Notes under the pieces: model-generated
The model's database searches: none
What the model was told of the DNA's origin: nothing
The model's input: the letters and a program-made list of their open reading frames with translations, nothing else
Source of the DNA: Octopus vulgaris
Taxonomy: Eukaryota
Reading direction: 5' to 3'
Assembly (NCBI GenBank): GCA_951406725.2
Contig: OX597823.1
Location: 39,990,001 to 40,054,000 of the forward strand
DNA length: 64,000 bases
Part shown: piece after piece, positions 26,003-39,670 of the stretch
Numbering within the stretch: the first letter of the stretch is position 1
Layout: each line of letters begins with the position of its first letter
Made by a program: the position numbers and the translations under genes

Positions 26003-27785
26003 TATCAGACATCGTGGGAAGGGAGTCAAAGGAATCGAGTGATGCCTTGACTTATTACATAATTTGGTGTTAAACATAAAGTGACGGTTGAGGACACATT
26101 GAAAGACTGGAAGAAGAGAGAACATATTGTAGTGCTGCTCTAGGGTACTGTATGTCTTGGCGCTGGTTTGGGTTCTAATAATGACAATTCCATCATTTTG
26201 TATATCAGGTATTATAGTCTAATGTGGACCCTCAGCTGTTTGATTTGAGGACTATTTTGCTGTTATTTCTTGTTCGTTGAATGACGATTAGAGGAGGATC
26301 TCTATGGTCTCAAAAGCCATGTTGTAGTAGAACACGAAAGACAAAAATTATAAATTAGAAAAACATTAAAGAACCTTCCAAAAACGTACAGTGAAAACAA
26401 CTGAATACACGAAGGGGTTGGGTTGATGGGTGGGTGCATTGTTACAAACAGGGGACTGGAATCAGTAAAAGCACAAAAATACAAGTGTATCTTTTTTTTT
26501 TTAGTTGTTTCAGTTATTGGACTGTGGCCATGCTGGGGCACCACCTTGAGAGGCTTCTATTCGAGCAAATAGTGGACAGCACGTGATACCTTCAGTACCT
26601 TTAACGGAATTCACTCTGTTTCAAGCATACAGGTCAGATCTCTGCTTTGACAATTACCTCTCTTCATCGCTCCCATTAATTTCCGACATCCCGAAACCAG
26701 TCAATATACTATGCCTTACTCTCCTAACTAAAAGCCAGAAAAAAAAAATTCAATAAACAGATTGATACTCTGTCTTTCTCACATTATTTGTTTTATAGCG
26801 AGATCAATGTTAATTCTCATTTTCATCCCATCACTTCGACATTTTGTGATTGGAAAAAAAAATCTCAATAGCTTTGACCAACAACCCCACTTTTCGTAAT
26901 TGAATCGAGCGATACACAGGAGCTTGGGGTGAACATTTCATCTTATAGCAAGTTTGATTGATGGAAACCATAAAGATTCTCTGGAGTTTTATACCTTCGG
27001 AGAAGCTAGTGACGAGATATAGAGACTGGTGTTATCTAATGCAGGTCTCATGACACCTTGAGCGTTTCATCTAAATGGACAAGAAAAAAAAAAAAAACCT
27101 TCGCAGATTCAATTATGAGATAAAGAAGTGGAATATCACAGCCAAAATTTTCAGGTTCAATGCAACTGGGAGATAAAAAATAAAGTATGAAAAACACACA
27201 CACACACACAAAACGATAATCCAGCAATGCAGTGTCAAACACAAACTCACAACACAATTTCCATCTTCGAAATTCCGTCACAAAGTATTGGTCGGGCTAA
27301 AACTATAGTGGAAGACACTTGTCTCAAGTGCTGCCCAGTAGGACTGCCTGCATCTTCTTAACCACACGGCCATGCCTGCGCCTTCATAACCAATTAACCA
27401 TACCTACTACATTTGTTTTAGCCGACTTAGAAGAGACGAACGGTAAAACTGACCTCAGCGGAATTTGAACTCAAAACATAAAGTGACATAAAATACTACG
27501 AGGCATTTTCTCGACGCTTTAATCATTCTGCTGAACCAACGCCCTCCCCCACCTTTTTATAAATAGGAAAACAAATTATAGCTTTTCATTCGTGTAATTC
27601 TTATATCTTCACCAAGGTGCTTGGCAAGTTTTAAGTGGTCAAACCCCTTTCTTTGTACTAAATCTAATCTTTTGAACAACCGCAGAACCTCGCTGTCCGT
27701 TAAGAAAAACTGCAATTAGTGTGAAACGAACTTATGTGTGTGAATATCCTCGTGCACTTTTGGGGTGCACAAAGCAATCACTCAC

Positions 27786-28200
27786 TAGCCGTTGCTTTAA
27801 TAATCCAGATTCTCTACAAGTCAGAAACAACAAGACGCAGACGTGAAATATATATAACTACTTTATTCTCTTTCTTGGTAACAATAACAATAAGTGTGTT
27901 ATCTGATGTCCTTGATTCTGGGCGCGCACCGCTATAAGTTAATAGATTGTAATATTTACAATCTTCAGCCCAAAAACAGAAAGGATTCAAGATGGCGTCG
28001 AACAATGGAGACGATGTTGGTCTGCAACAATTTTGGTTAAAAGTCTTCGGCCAAAGGACTGCTAGAATCAGTTCAGACGGAGAGAATATATGCGTGACTG
28101 CCGCCTTCAATCGCTGGGTCCCAAGTCCTCGATGACTGCTGCTAGTGGTCAAACGTTCTACGACCCCCTTGCCTCGCTAACCACCACGATAGGCAAGCGG
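27786..28200 (-). other. Candidate non-coding first exon of the minus-strand gene
   Basis: Unique CpG-rich sequence next to the promoter motifs, containing CGCCATCTTG (YY1); GTGAGT donor at 27780-27785. TSS position is approximate. Confidence 0.35.
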
Positions 28201-28310
28201 GTCGTGCTTCCGGTGGTTCGCGCATGCGCGAGAGGGCCCTTCCTTTCTCTTGGTGAAGGCACCAACACGCGCGAAATACAAATGGACAGTGCGCGAGCGC
28301 GCGCCGTTGT
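27985..28310. promoter_or_regulatory. CpG-rich housekeeping-type promoter region
   Basis: YY1 caagatggcg 27988-27997, ETS cttccggt 28207-28214, NRF1 palindrome tcgcgcatgcgcga 28218-28231, further gcgc runs at 28289-28304. Confidence 0.7.
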
Positions 28311-28397
28311 AGGTTCACTACAAGTGCAAACTTAATGGGAAACGGAAAGAAATGCAAGGAGGGGTTACCGTATTTCATAGCATATAAAATGGACCTT

Positions 28398-28818
28398 GGA
28401 TCTTTTCGGTTTGAATGGCAGTTTTTTCTAGCGGTGTCATATGAAATTGTCACCCATAATTATGACCCTAGAATCGATCTGTTGCATTTCAATCTGTTTT
28501 AGGATTAGGGTTAGGGTTAGGGGTGGGGGAAGGGTATCTTTTTTTCTTCACAAATGTAAATAAACCCTATCTGTTTCTTAAATGAGGGACATATTCATAC
28601 GACACAGAATGCTTTTTAACTCAATAGACGTCACTGATTGGTTGAAATTGCAGAAATTGAAGAAAAAAACAACAAATATCTTACAAACTATAGAATTTTC
28701 TCAATAAAGCCAAGAGAAAAAGATGTTTTATAAACGCATTCTACCAGTATACGAAGTTTAAAATTTTTTAGTTACCTAGAAATTATGTTAAAAACTGCCG
28801 TTTAAACCGAAAAGATCC
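28398..28818. mobile_element. MITE with GG-starting TIRs and 8-bp TSD (Merlin-like), copy 2
   Basis: TIR ggatcttttcggtttgaatggcagtttt / aaaactgccgtttaaaccgaaaagatcc; TSD tggacctt; colinear with 19838-20282. Confidence 0.88.
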
Positions 28819-29005
28819 TGGACCTTTTCTCCTTTAAATATCTTGAAAATAAAAGAAACAGAAAAAAATCATCCTGGGCCCTAAATGCGATGTTGGGCTT
28901 ATATTACGTGATTCAACGTTTAAACGGCGGGAAAGGGTTGCGTGAATGTTTTTTGCAAACGGGCAAAAAACAAAAATCCTTTTTTTAAATAGTTATTTTC
29001 ACTAT

Positions 29006-29305
29006 GTGGAGACACATAGCCTAGTGGTTAGAGCAGCGGACTCGTGGTCGAGAGATCGCGGGTTCGAATCTCAGACCGGGCGATGTGTGTGTTTATGAGC
29101 GAAACACTTAAGCTCCACGATGCTCCGGCAGAAGGTAATGGCGAACTTCTGACTCTTTCGCCGCAACTTTCTCGCACCCTTTCCTCCTGTATCTAGCAAC
29201 TCACCTGCGATGGACCGGCGTCCCGTCCAAGTGGGGAAACTATACGCCAAGGAAACCGGGAAACCGGCCCTTATGAGCCAGGCATGGCTCGAGAAGGAAC
29301 AAATA
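29006..29305 (+). mobile_element. tRNA-derived SINE family C
   Basis: A box tagcctagtggttag, B box ggttcgaatc; 11-bp TSD attttcactat. Confidence 0.88.
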
Positions 29306-30701
29306 ATTTTCACTATAAACGAGTACAAAACCTATAAAAATCGTTATTATCTCGCACAATAAAATTTACAATCTCATTATCGAAGAGTACCGTTAAAATA
29401 TTCTCTTTCGTTTGCTGATAGCCGTATCCATGTAAAATTTTTGAAACAATTGATGATATCCGCTGTTTAAGGGTTTTGTTTTTCCTAAAATATGCATTGC
29501 CGAAATTGGGGTGCCTCTAATATGCCCATGCATCTTTTATGCCATCAACTACGGAATTTGAAAAATTATGGTGGTATGATTTATGATAGAGCGTTGAATA
29601 AAAATAAAAAAGCTACCACTATACATAAGTGTAGACATGACACCTGAAAATTATAAAACTACTGGAAAATTGTAGATAAAAAGAAAAAAAGTTTAATAGT
29701 TCCCGTCGTCTATAATTTCGTTAGATATTAAATATTTTGTTATGAAAGATCAAATTTATAAAAATATCAATAACCTGAATATTTAATCAATGTATGCTCT
29801 TGAAACGGCATTAGATATGAAAATAACTATGCGTACACACATACACACACTAAGCTGTATCATTTATAATGTATACACAAACGTAGAACATCACTCTGAG
29901 AAACTTCAATCAGCACTACTGAAAAATGTTTAGAAATGTATATAACATTATTTCGAATTAGCATATGTTATTATTCATACACAGATTATTCTATGTTGAG
30001 TATTTTCAATATATCGAACAAAACATAATTTTGTCCAAGTAAAATGTCGTAGATGACAGAGAAGAATCAAAAGATCAAATGAAGAAAATATTCTTTCCTT
30101 AGTGTCAATTGAAGTCAGGAGTAAACAATAATCATTTACAAAGATATTCTTATATCTTTTGAAAACGTCTGACTTTTCAGTACAGAGAGGAATAATGAAA
30201 GATATATATTTTTTTCCCCGGTTGGGTTTCAATTTGCTAGTTATTTCTCTCAAGAGCATACTGAATGAATGAGTGAATGAATGAATGAGTGAATGAATGA
30301 ATAACTAAACAGTCTTTGTTGTATCTATGGAGGGTCATTATGCCAAAAAAAAAACCAAACAAAAAAAAACAACGTAAAAAAAGAAGTATTTCTTTTCCTC
30401 CACAGTTGTTAATAGATGCAATGAAGATTGCTTAAGTGCATGACTAGGTGTATTAGTGAGGACGCCATGATGCTTCACTTCCTTTTTACTCGTGTTGTGA
30501 ATGAAACCTTTGTCAAAAAGGCCACATTATGGTGATTTGAACCGAAGAAAAGAAAACAAAAACAAAACAAAACCTAGTATTTTTGGAAGTTAAAGTAACT
30601 AGAAAAAGCCTAAGACAGTAATTTCCAGCCTTTTCAGTGGTTCCCAACCCTTTAAAAGGGTTTAAATGAATTTTCCCACGGACTCCCTTTAATATGCTTA
30701 T

Positions 30702-30777
<76 letters not shown>

Positions 30778-30788
30778 ATGTATGTATT

Positions 30789-30990
30789 GTTCCTGCCGTA
30801 AGGTTTTACTTCCACACACGCCAGCTTAATTTCATTCGTCCTTAGTCGAAAGACACCAGTTGTTACGTCCTGTTATTTGTATTTGTGTGCCAATTCTCCG
30901 GTTTTCCCCGTCCTTGTTTTCGTGTACATTCGCTGCTTTCTTCCAAGGAATCTAGTGCTAGTTTTTTTCCTTGGGGCTGGCCAGAATTTT
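30789..30990. repeat. Microsatellite-associated dispersed repeat; longer copy at ~53915-54280
   Basis: Shared ctgccgtaa...gtcgaaagac...ttccaag.aatcta.tgct...ttttccttggggctggccaga. Confidence 0.8.
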
Positions 30991-31033
30991 GATATATATG
31001 AATGAGAATACACACACACAAAAAGAGAGAGAA

Positions 31034-31074
<41 letters not shown>

Positions 31075-31237
31075 ATGAAAGTAAGGTAAACGAATAAGGG
31101 AGTAAAATGTTTGGACGGTTTTCAAAAATTGCTACACAGTAGGGTTAAGGGAATAAAGATTTTAAAAGCAATGAATTTACTGATGAATTATCTACCTACC
31201 TATCTATCTATAAATCTATTTATATACCTACCTACAG

Positions 31238-31350
<113 letters not shown>

Positions 31351-32021
31351 TTGTCTGTCCGTCCGTCTGTCTGCATGTCTGTCTGCTCTCTTTTCCTGTG
31401 TGTACGCGCGCACACGCGTACGTAAGCATACAAACAGTTGTGAGGTTAAGAAGTTTCATTCCCAATCATATGGTTTCGGTTTCGAATCCCACTGCGCGAC
31501 ATTTTGAACAAGTGCCTTCAATTATAGTCCCCGGACTAACCCAAACCTTGTGATTGACTGGATTTGGTAGACGGAATCTGAAAGAAGCCCATCGTATACA
31601 CGTATTTGTATGTGGGGATGGTTGTATGAGTTAGTGTATCTGAGAGTTAGTTTGCATTTTTACGGTGACCCTGTTGTCATTTCTCTTGTCAACAGGACGC
31701 CTACTGGCTTTACGTGATCGAAGACGAGCGAAATAACACACCCCTTACTTGAAAAACAAGTAAGTGTTAACGACAGGACAGGCACAAAAGGCTATAAAAC
31801 ATTAATACGAGCCAAGAAAACCGGACGTTAAATGAACAATACACATGTATATGTTATACATGGGCACGCACGCACGCCCTCCCTCCACGCACGCACGCAT
31901 ACAAAAATGCTCGGGGTAAGCTCTTATGTGTTGAGAATGCTGCTTGTTCTCCGTCTTCAAATGCAGGAGTCGATGGCTCATCAAGAAGTGAGGTAGCTCT
32001 GAAGGTATTTTGGCCCCTTTA

Positions 32022-32436
32022 AGGCGGCGAGCTGGCAGAAACGTTAGCACGTCGGGCGAAATGCTTAGCGGTATTTCGGCTGCCGTTACGTTCTGAGTTC
32101 AAATTCCGCCGAGGTCGACTTTGCCTTTCATCCTTTTGGGGTCGATAAATTAAGTACCAGTTACGCACTGGGGCCGATGTAATCGACTTAATCCCTTTGT
32201 CTGTCCTTGTTTGTCCTCTCTGTGTTTAGCCCCTTGTGGATAGTAAAGAAATAGGTATTTCGGCTGCCGTTACGTTGTGAGTTCAAATTCCGCTGAGATC
32301 GACTTTGCCTTTCATCCTTTCGGGGTTGATTAAATAAGTACCAGTTACGCACTGGGGTCGATGTAATCGACTTAATACCTATGTCTGTCCTTGTTTGTCC
32401 CCTCTATGTTTAACCGCTTGTGGATAATAAAGAAAT
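32022..32436 (+). mobile_element. SINE family A, 1.8-mer (full copy plus headless copy)
   Basis: Second unit restarts at the internal ggtatttcggctgccg; flanked by aggtattttggcc on both sides. Confidence 0.92.
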
Positions 32437-32887
32437 AGGTATTTTGGCCTCTTCTATTGTGACACCAAAGCTACCGGAGACCAGCTACCGATGTAGGTAC
32501 CGAGACGCGAGCACAACAGCACTAAATAGGTCGAGTCAGATGTTTATGACTCTGAGTCAGATATTTCTATCATCCTCAACGCTTGAATACTCGATCTGGC
32601 GGAGCAGAAATTCCCCACTGTACTTCAAGCACTGTTTTTCTTCCTTTCAGTAGCGCTCACTTTCTTTGCAGTTTCTGACGATTTCTTCGAAAAGTGCTTT
32701 CATATCTTTGTTGCTCTTGGCACTCCACTAATTCTGAAGGTTTATGTCAATTGGATGGATCAATTCGGATAAACCAGTCGTAGTTTGGTAGCTAATTTGA
32801 TTAATAAAGTGCTGGTGGATTAACAGTGGTTTGTTGCAGTGCTACATTGTACTTCAGAATATATTCATAGATTTCAGCCAGAACTGT

Positions 32888-32945
<58 letters not shown>

Positions 32946-33801
32946 ACTAACAGTCTTTCATTTCATTAATTTATGAATCAAAATAGCTATATATAACAAT
33001 TTGTTACATATGCTATACGGTTTATTCTGTTTACTTCAGTCCTTATCGATAAATTGGGCAGTTGAGATTTCGTCGAGAAAGGACTCCCTATTTGTCGACG
33101 AAATCATAAAGCAATATTAAAAGCTGATGCCTCAATAAAGAGTGTATATGCAGACAAGGTGTTTACACGTCTATACACATTGTTGGCTAAAAAACATCTA
33201 TGCAAAGATTCTGTTGTACAGTTAAACTTTTTAAATTTTTAAAAATTTATTTAAGACGACAGGTGCCATCTGAGGACGATGTGGCTACTGTTTCAAGCGG
33301 GTCGAGCGACCATGTACAGTCTGAAATGGCTGGGTAATCTAGCTAACATTTTGAACATCTTGTTGATAACACAACTCAGTAACTATTAGTTTCTTGTTTT
33401 TTTTTTTTTGTTGTATATCTATCAGGACTGTAATGCATCAACGATTATATAGGTTGCCATGCTTTCGAGAAACTATATCTGATGTAAGTTAGCAGGAGCT
33501 GGTAAGAGGTAAGTGGTGTGGGCGGTGGCAGTGATAGTAGTAGTAGTAGTAGTAGCAGCAGCAGCAGCAGCCCTTAGTGAGTATTTATAGCTTAAAGTTA
33601 CTGTTCACTACACTAAACCGTTTTACTATAATGGATCTTTTGGGTTAAACGCACAGGGGCCGACTTTAGGCGGAAGCATGACTGTGCTAAGAAGCTCGCT
33701 TTACAACAACGTGGTTCCAGGTTCAGCCTTGGCCCGACCAAGGACTTGTGAATGAATTTCATAACCGGAGGCCATAAAAAAGCCTGTCGTCCGTCCCTCA
33801 G

Positions 33802-33882
<81 letters not shown>

Positions 33883-34210
33883 TTGACTGTCAATCTGTCT
33901 GTTTATGGTTGTTTGTATGCATGTATACATATGTGCGTGTGTGTCTTTGCATTCGTCTCCTGACGCCGCTTGACAACAGGCGTTGGTTTGTTTACGTCCT
34001 CATAACTTAGCAGCTGATTTGTTTGGCCGCGGTCCAATGACTAAAATATGTAAAAGGCAAAAGATATGATGTAGGTTTTCATGCCAATTACCACAAATTA
34101 CAAACACTTTTTTCGAGAAATTAATATTACAAACTCCCGCTCCCTCTAAAGAAACTTTTTAATTTTTAAAGTTTTTTAAACTGTTTTATTACTATGTTGA
34201 ATCTAGGGAA

Positions 34211-34385
34211 GGCGGCGAGCTGGCAGAATCGTTACCGCGCCGGGCAAAATGCTTTACGGCATTTCGTCCGTCTTTACGTTCTGAGTTCAAAACCCGTGAG
34301 ATCGACTTTGCCTTTTATCCTTTCAGGATAAATTAAGTGCCATTTGAACACTGGGGTGGATGTGATCGACTTATCCCCTCCCCAA
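34211..34385 (+). mobile_element. SINE family A (short-tail variant)
   Basis: ggcggcgagctggcagaatcg head and central domain; similar copies near 21330-21545, 36695-36905, 49245-49450 and 51441-51640. Confidence 0.85.
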
Positions 34386-35087
34386 AAAACTGCCAGAAAA
34401 AATGCAGGAAACCAAACAATGAACAAAGGGTTAAAGATAATTGTGTTTTTCGTAAATGTCATGGAAACTACATCTCTTGTTTCAGTCATGGACTATGGTC
34501 ACGCTAGAGTACTAACTTGTAGGGTGAGTCGAACAAATCGACCAAAGTACATACACATATTAAGTCTGATATTTATAATTATTATTTTTTTTTTTGCCGA
34601 ACCGGTAGGTTATGTTAAGCAATTAGGAGCAGGGGAAGGCAGAAACGCGGCCACAAAAACACTTGCTCAAGATGCCACTCAGTGTTATCAAGCCTAAACC
34701 CAGTCAATGGTTGCAAACTGAACTTCTTAATCACACAACCACGCATGCACCTGTTATGGAAATCATATTTTATATTAACACTGCAACGCATTGCACTTAT
34801 AAAACCTGAGAACGTTCACCCAACAGAGCTGTTAAGAAATTAACCTGTTTCTGCTATCCTACAGAAAATATTACATATTTATACGGACCAGCAGAGTAGA
34901 AAATTGATAATTTCAACAAATTAGATTCTCATTATTTCTACAATATTAAAGTGCTTTGTTCTAACGACATAAAAGTCAGCAGTTTACTGCTTATCGGATT
35001 TTCCTATTTTTCAGTTGTATTAGTTGAATTTTTTAGTGTGTGTGTGTGTATAAGTGTCTATATTACACACACATATGCTTGTGAGTG

Positions 35088-35137
<50 letters not shown>

Positions 35138-35220
35138 ATGTACGCATGCATGTGTATGTATATACATACGTACGCGCGCGTGTGTGTGTAAACAAATAAC
35201 GACAGATAGAATGTGGTACT

Positions 35221-35307
35221 TTCACTACAACTGTTTCAGACGTGTTTTTCTTTTATTGCTGAATAGAATTATCCCATTATGCCATAAAACCGTTTTCATC
35301 GGGTGAA
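35221..35307 (-). ncRNA. Hammerhead motif, U4C core variant with long loop 2
   Basis: UUCAC-CCGAUGA-AAACG...CGUCU-GAAA-CAGUUGU-A-GUGAA; 5-bp stem I, self-complementary stem III, GUA site; insert lies between microsatellites. Confidence 0.65.
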
Positions 35308-35312
35308 TATGG

Positions 35313-35352
<40 letters not shown>

Positions 35353-36308
35353 AATTGAACATTTCAAAACACCTCAAAATTCCTAAGTAAGTGACTCCCT
35401 AACGAAAATCGGTCAGAGAGTCTTGCTTTATATGTGTATGTGTGTGTGCAAATGACTCCGAGGAAGCTAGAAGTTGTCACAAATACTCAACTCCAAGTAC
35501 AATGGTTCTTGTGGCAGAAACAGCAGTTAACTAATGAAAGTAATTACGTAGCTATTGTTCTTTTGTCATTATTTATTGATATTATGCTCTGTACTCATCT
35601 GACGCTTTACTCGTCAGTTTGGGCAGTCTTTTTTCAAAGAGACATGGTTCATCGTCAGGTGAGCTGCACTACTAAAAAAAATTGAAGGTAACTTTACGTT
35701 AGACGGGCCATTCAGAAAGTCACGCAGCTGTTGTTTGTCCATGACAGCTTATGTGTATTGCATTCTCACAACTGGTTATTAGCATCACCATACCTAAGCA
35801 AAATCAATACACGCGTACACATGTAATGATGCAACAATATATGCAACAATAAGCTTTGATGAAAGAGAGATTAAACAGAAAGATGTTCTATTATATGCAG
35901 TATTATATCATGCAGAGGATTCATTGCTTATATCTGGTTGCAAGCACTATGATCTGCTCAGTTGCAAAATCTTGAATTCTCAAAAGGTTTCTGTCACTGG
36001 AAGTAGTCGCAATTGGAATGACTTTGATCATAGATAGGTCTGTTAAACAGAGAACATCGATTTACTTAGCAGAAGATGTAGGCAACAATTTTATATAACA
36101 ACGAAGCTGTTGAAATAGATATTCACGAATTTGTGAAAGACGAAAACACTGTCATAGCACAAATTTTGACATTTAGTAGATTTTTCAGTATCGAAGTAAA
36201 GGACTAGAAGTATTTCTCTAAACGATGGAACCTCCACGCGGTCGCTCGACATGCTAGAAGCGGTAGCCAAGTCTCCCTCATATTGCATCCTACTGTTTTA
36301 ATTAATAA

Positions 36309-36689
36309 CTAGCAGTATCGCCCGGCGTTGCTCAGGTTTGTAAGGGAAATAACTATAAAGCATTTTTAGAGAGTTATAGCCAAAAAATAGCAAAAAAATG
36401 GAAAAAAATGATGGTAAATTTTTTTTTTAGTTAAAAAAGGTGGAGTTGCGTCCCCTAGAAAGTTTGCGGTTTGTGTTTCTAATTCTCGACCCCATGTCGA
36501 ATTTATCGATTTTTTCAGAACTGGGGGGACTTTTCAAAATTTTCGCTGCGTTAGTTTTGAATTATGACATTGGGCTATGTGTGTGTCAAGTTTCATCAGA
36601 ATCGGTTGAAAGCCGTGGTCAGGGTGAGGGTACAAGCAAACAGACACACAGAAAACGCACAGACAAACTGCCGTTTATATATAGAGAGA
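36309..36689 (-). mobile_element. Non-autonomous Helitron
   Basis: 5'-TC ... hairpin + CTAG-3'; A|T target; 3' end shared with 4600-4991. Confidence 0.8.
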
Positions 36690-37077
36690 TAATTTCAAAC
36701 TTTTGATATAAGGTCAGCAATTTCAGGGGAGAGAGTAAGTCAATTACATCCACCCCTTATGCTCATCTGGTACTTATTTTATCAATCCCGAAAGGATGAA
36801 AGGTGAAGTCGACCTCGGCGGAATTTGAACTCAGAACGTAAAGACGGACAAAATGTCGCTTCGCATTTCGCCTAGCATGCTAACGATTCTGCCAGCTCGC
36901 CGCCTTATTCTGTCTTATTTAATAATAAAAAGTAATCGATTTATTAAACGCATTTAATCATAGAACTATTACTTGTGTAGAAATGACACTCGTGTATAAG
37001 TCGCACTCATTATTTCGTGTTAAAACTTAAAACAAGAGTTTTACCCTTCATAATTCATATGAGCTTTACCTCATATA

Positions 37078-37306
37078 CAGAGTGGCCCAAAAGTAGGTTA
37101 TTCAACTCTCTCTTTCGCATTCATATATTAACAGTTTAAATCTTAATTATAAAAATTATGAAACCAGTATTCTATGCTAATTTAGTTAATTTTGTCAAGC
37201 TCCTTTATTAGTTTGTAAGATAGAAATCTAAATGTAATAAAATATTTTTTAAAAGAAATTTAAAGTGCCTACGTGATAACTGTAAACCTACTTTTGGGTC
37301 ACCCTG
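37078..37306. mobile_element. Tc1/mariner-type MITE nested in an older pogo/Tigger-like MITE (~36985-37396)
   Basis: TIR cagagtggcccaaaagtaggtt / aacctacttttgggtcaccctg with TA duplication; outer ctcgtgtataagtcgcac / gtgtgacttatacgagag. Confidence 0.8.
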
Positions 37307-37451
37307 TATAAGTCGGCTCACCCTGTATAAGTCGCTAAGGTTTTTTCAGATAAAATCAGGAATAAAAGTGTGACTTATACGAGAGTTAATAGGGTATTCG
37401 ACCAAAGATAGCCTGGAGCCAAACAAGAACTTAAATTAAGCACGGTATTTA

Positions 37452-37682
37452 GGCGGCGAGCTGGCAGAAACGTTAGCACGCCGGGCGAAATGCGTAGCCG
37501 TATTTCGTCTGTCGTTAACGTTCTGAGTTCAAATTCCGCCGAGGTCGACTTTGCCTTTCATCCTTTCGGGGTCGATAAATTAAGTACCAGTTACGTACTG
37601 GGGTCGATGTAATCGACCTAATACCTATGTTTGTCCTTGTTTGTCCCCTCTGTCTTTAGCCCCTTGTGGGTAATAAAGAAAT
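37452..37682 (+). mobile_element. SINE family A, full length, young
   Basis: Intact head, B box and tail; duplicated target ggtattta(g). Confidence 0.93.
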
Positions 37683-38259
37683 AGGTATTTAGTTTTTTTC
37701 TCTCCCTACGTCCTAGTTTCAAATCCAACCAGGGGGTCTGTTTTTGGCTTTTATACCTTGAAATCGTTGAAATAAGTACCATACAATGGGATCGATCTGA
37801 TCGAATATATCCCCTTCCCTAAAATTTTGTGGTTATGATGTGACAATCAGTCATTCAGTTTGTAAGTGTTTACATATATAAGTAACAGCCCTGCATCTAT
37901 GAATGATAATTGAAGTAGTAAATGCAAATCGTGTGTTTAAGGGAGGGTGTTTGATAAAAAGACAATATCTTTCCAACGAAATCAGCAGACGACAACAAAC
38001 ACAACCCACTTACTTGATATCAATCAATTCTCCGCTATTCACATGACACCCACTTTCGATTTCAATTAATTAATTACTTTCTGTTTACAGCCAAATGATA
38101 TACTAGAATCTCTGATAGCCACACGATACCGTTTTTCAAAGGTATAAAACTCCATACTCAATATCGCATAGCATCACATTATAACAGCTTTTTCGCCTAT
38201 CAATAGAATACATATGTGGTTTCTCCCACGTCTATTCTCATCATCATCATTATCATCAC

Positions 38260-38343
<84 letters not shown>

Positions 38344-38494
38344 TAGTATTTATTCTATTTAATATTGATTGAAAACATTAAATTTTAGTTTTGCTTGTTA
38401 TTCTATATTGCTGTCAATTGTATATGTAAACAGGGATACAAAGAAAAAAGGATGGAAAGAAGGACAGAAACAATGAGTGGGTGAGTGAGTGAGT

Positions 38495-38563
<69 letters not shown>

Positions 38564-39409
38564 TAATCTATTCAGTTTGTCTTTGCTGGTTACATTAAAT
38601 GTACTATGTTTAATCAAGGGAGTCACTAATGATTATAGTTCATAATTCTTCTGCAAATGCTATTAGTTAGATACAAACACACACACACACACAAAAATGA
38701 CAGCCATGTTTGCCACTGTCACATCACAATATGTCCCGCTTGCTGTATCAAATGGCCTACACTCAGAAATGTGTGTTTTTGTCTTCCTGTTGGTGTCTCT
38801 ACATCATCTACATTTAAGTAAGACTCATTCTATTGCGGAGTTCCATTCACATTTGTCGCTTAGGATTAAAGCTGGTCGTTGTTAAGGAACCTCTCACGAG
38901 GACGCTGACGTGGACAATAGCATCGTTCCTATTGGTTGAAATGCATTACAATACTAGAAAAGGGAAACCATTACCATAGTGTTATAACAATAACAATGAT
39001 AATGTGTACAGATTATGTCCTTTATTGCAATCCCTTCTCCATTATCTAGATACATCGACATAGCTACTTTTACGACTGTGATGACGGCCTACAAAATCAA
39101 TATTATTAGGACCTTTTTCATTAGCATGAAGGCGTCCATTCCCAACACAATAACGAACATGGCCACCTACAAAGATAACACGTCACCACACGCTTCAAAA
39201 TGATTAGGAAATTGCAATCGATCTTACCACCTCTCCTCCGCAAACACTAAATAGTTTTAAAGCTGATCGGAGGATCATCTATTGAGAGATTTTGTCTGAA
39301 TTTCCGAGACAGTGAATTACTATTGTTATACGCTGATATATTCGGACTTGTGCCCTCATCTTGGTTGTTACAGTCACGACAATTCGGTTGTTGTACTTTT
39401 TGGCCGTCT

Positions 39410-39670
39410 TCAGGAGTCAGTCGAATTTAATAATTGTAGAAGATCAACAACCGCAGGTAAGACACGAGCAGAGTAAAGATTCCAAGAGAAAAGTATTATG
39501 GGGCAGAAGGACAGGTTAGAATGATTAGTAGGGAACAGGATACGCAATAAAGGTGAAGAGATGACTAGGTAAGGATGCCTGAATGCAGGGGTACGAGAAT
39601 AGCTAAGTTCCAAGGAGCAAAGACCGATAAATAATTGTTTAAGCTACATCTGAGATTAGGCAGAGCTGTA
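39410..39670 (-). mobile_element. Old LINE ORF2 C-terminal relic (CR1/Jockey-group-like)
   Basis: TNHSNLSFCP..FSWNLYSARVLPAVVDL resembles the SFFPRT..WN.LP..VFP...DL..FK ending. Confidence 0.45.

Noticed and set aside
27992-28135. 47-aa plus-strand ORF MASNNGDDVG... starting in the YY1 motif
   Set aside because: Short, closed by a stop, no recognisable homology, and it would lie upstream of the ETS/NRF1 cluster on that strand.
29006-29075. tRNA-like A/B boxes
   Set aside because: SINE head with TSD and body, not a tRNA gene; the same applies to the other SINE heads.
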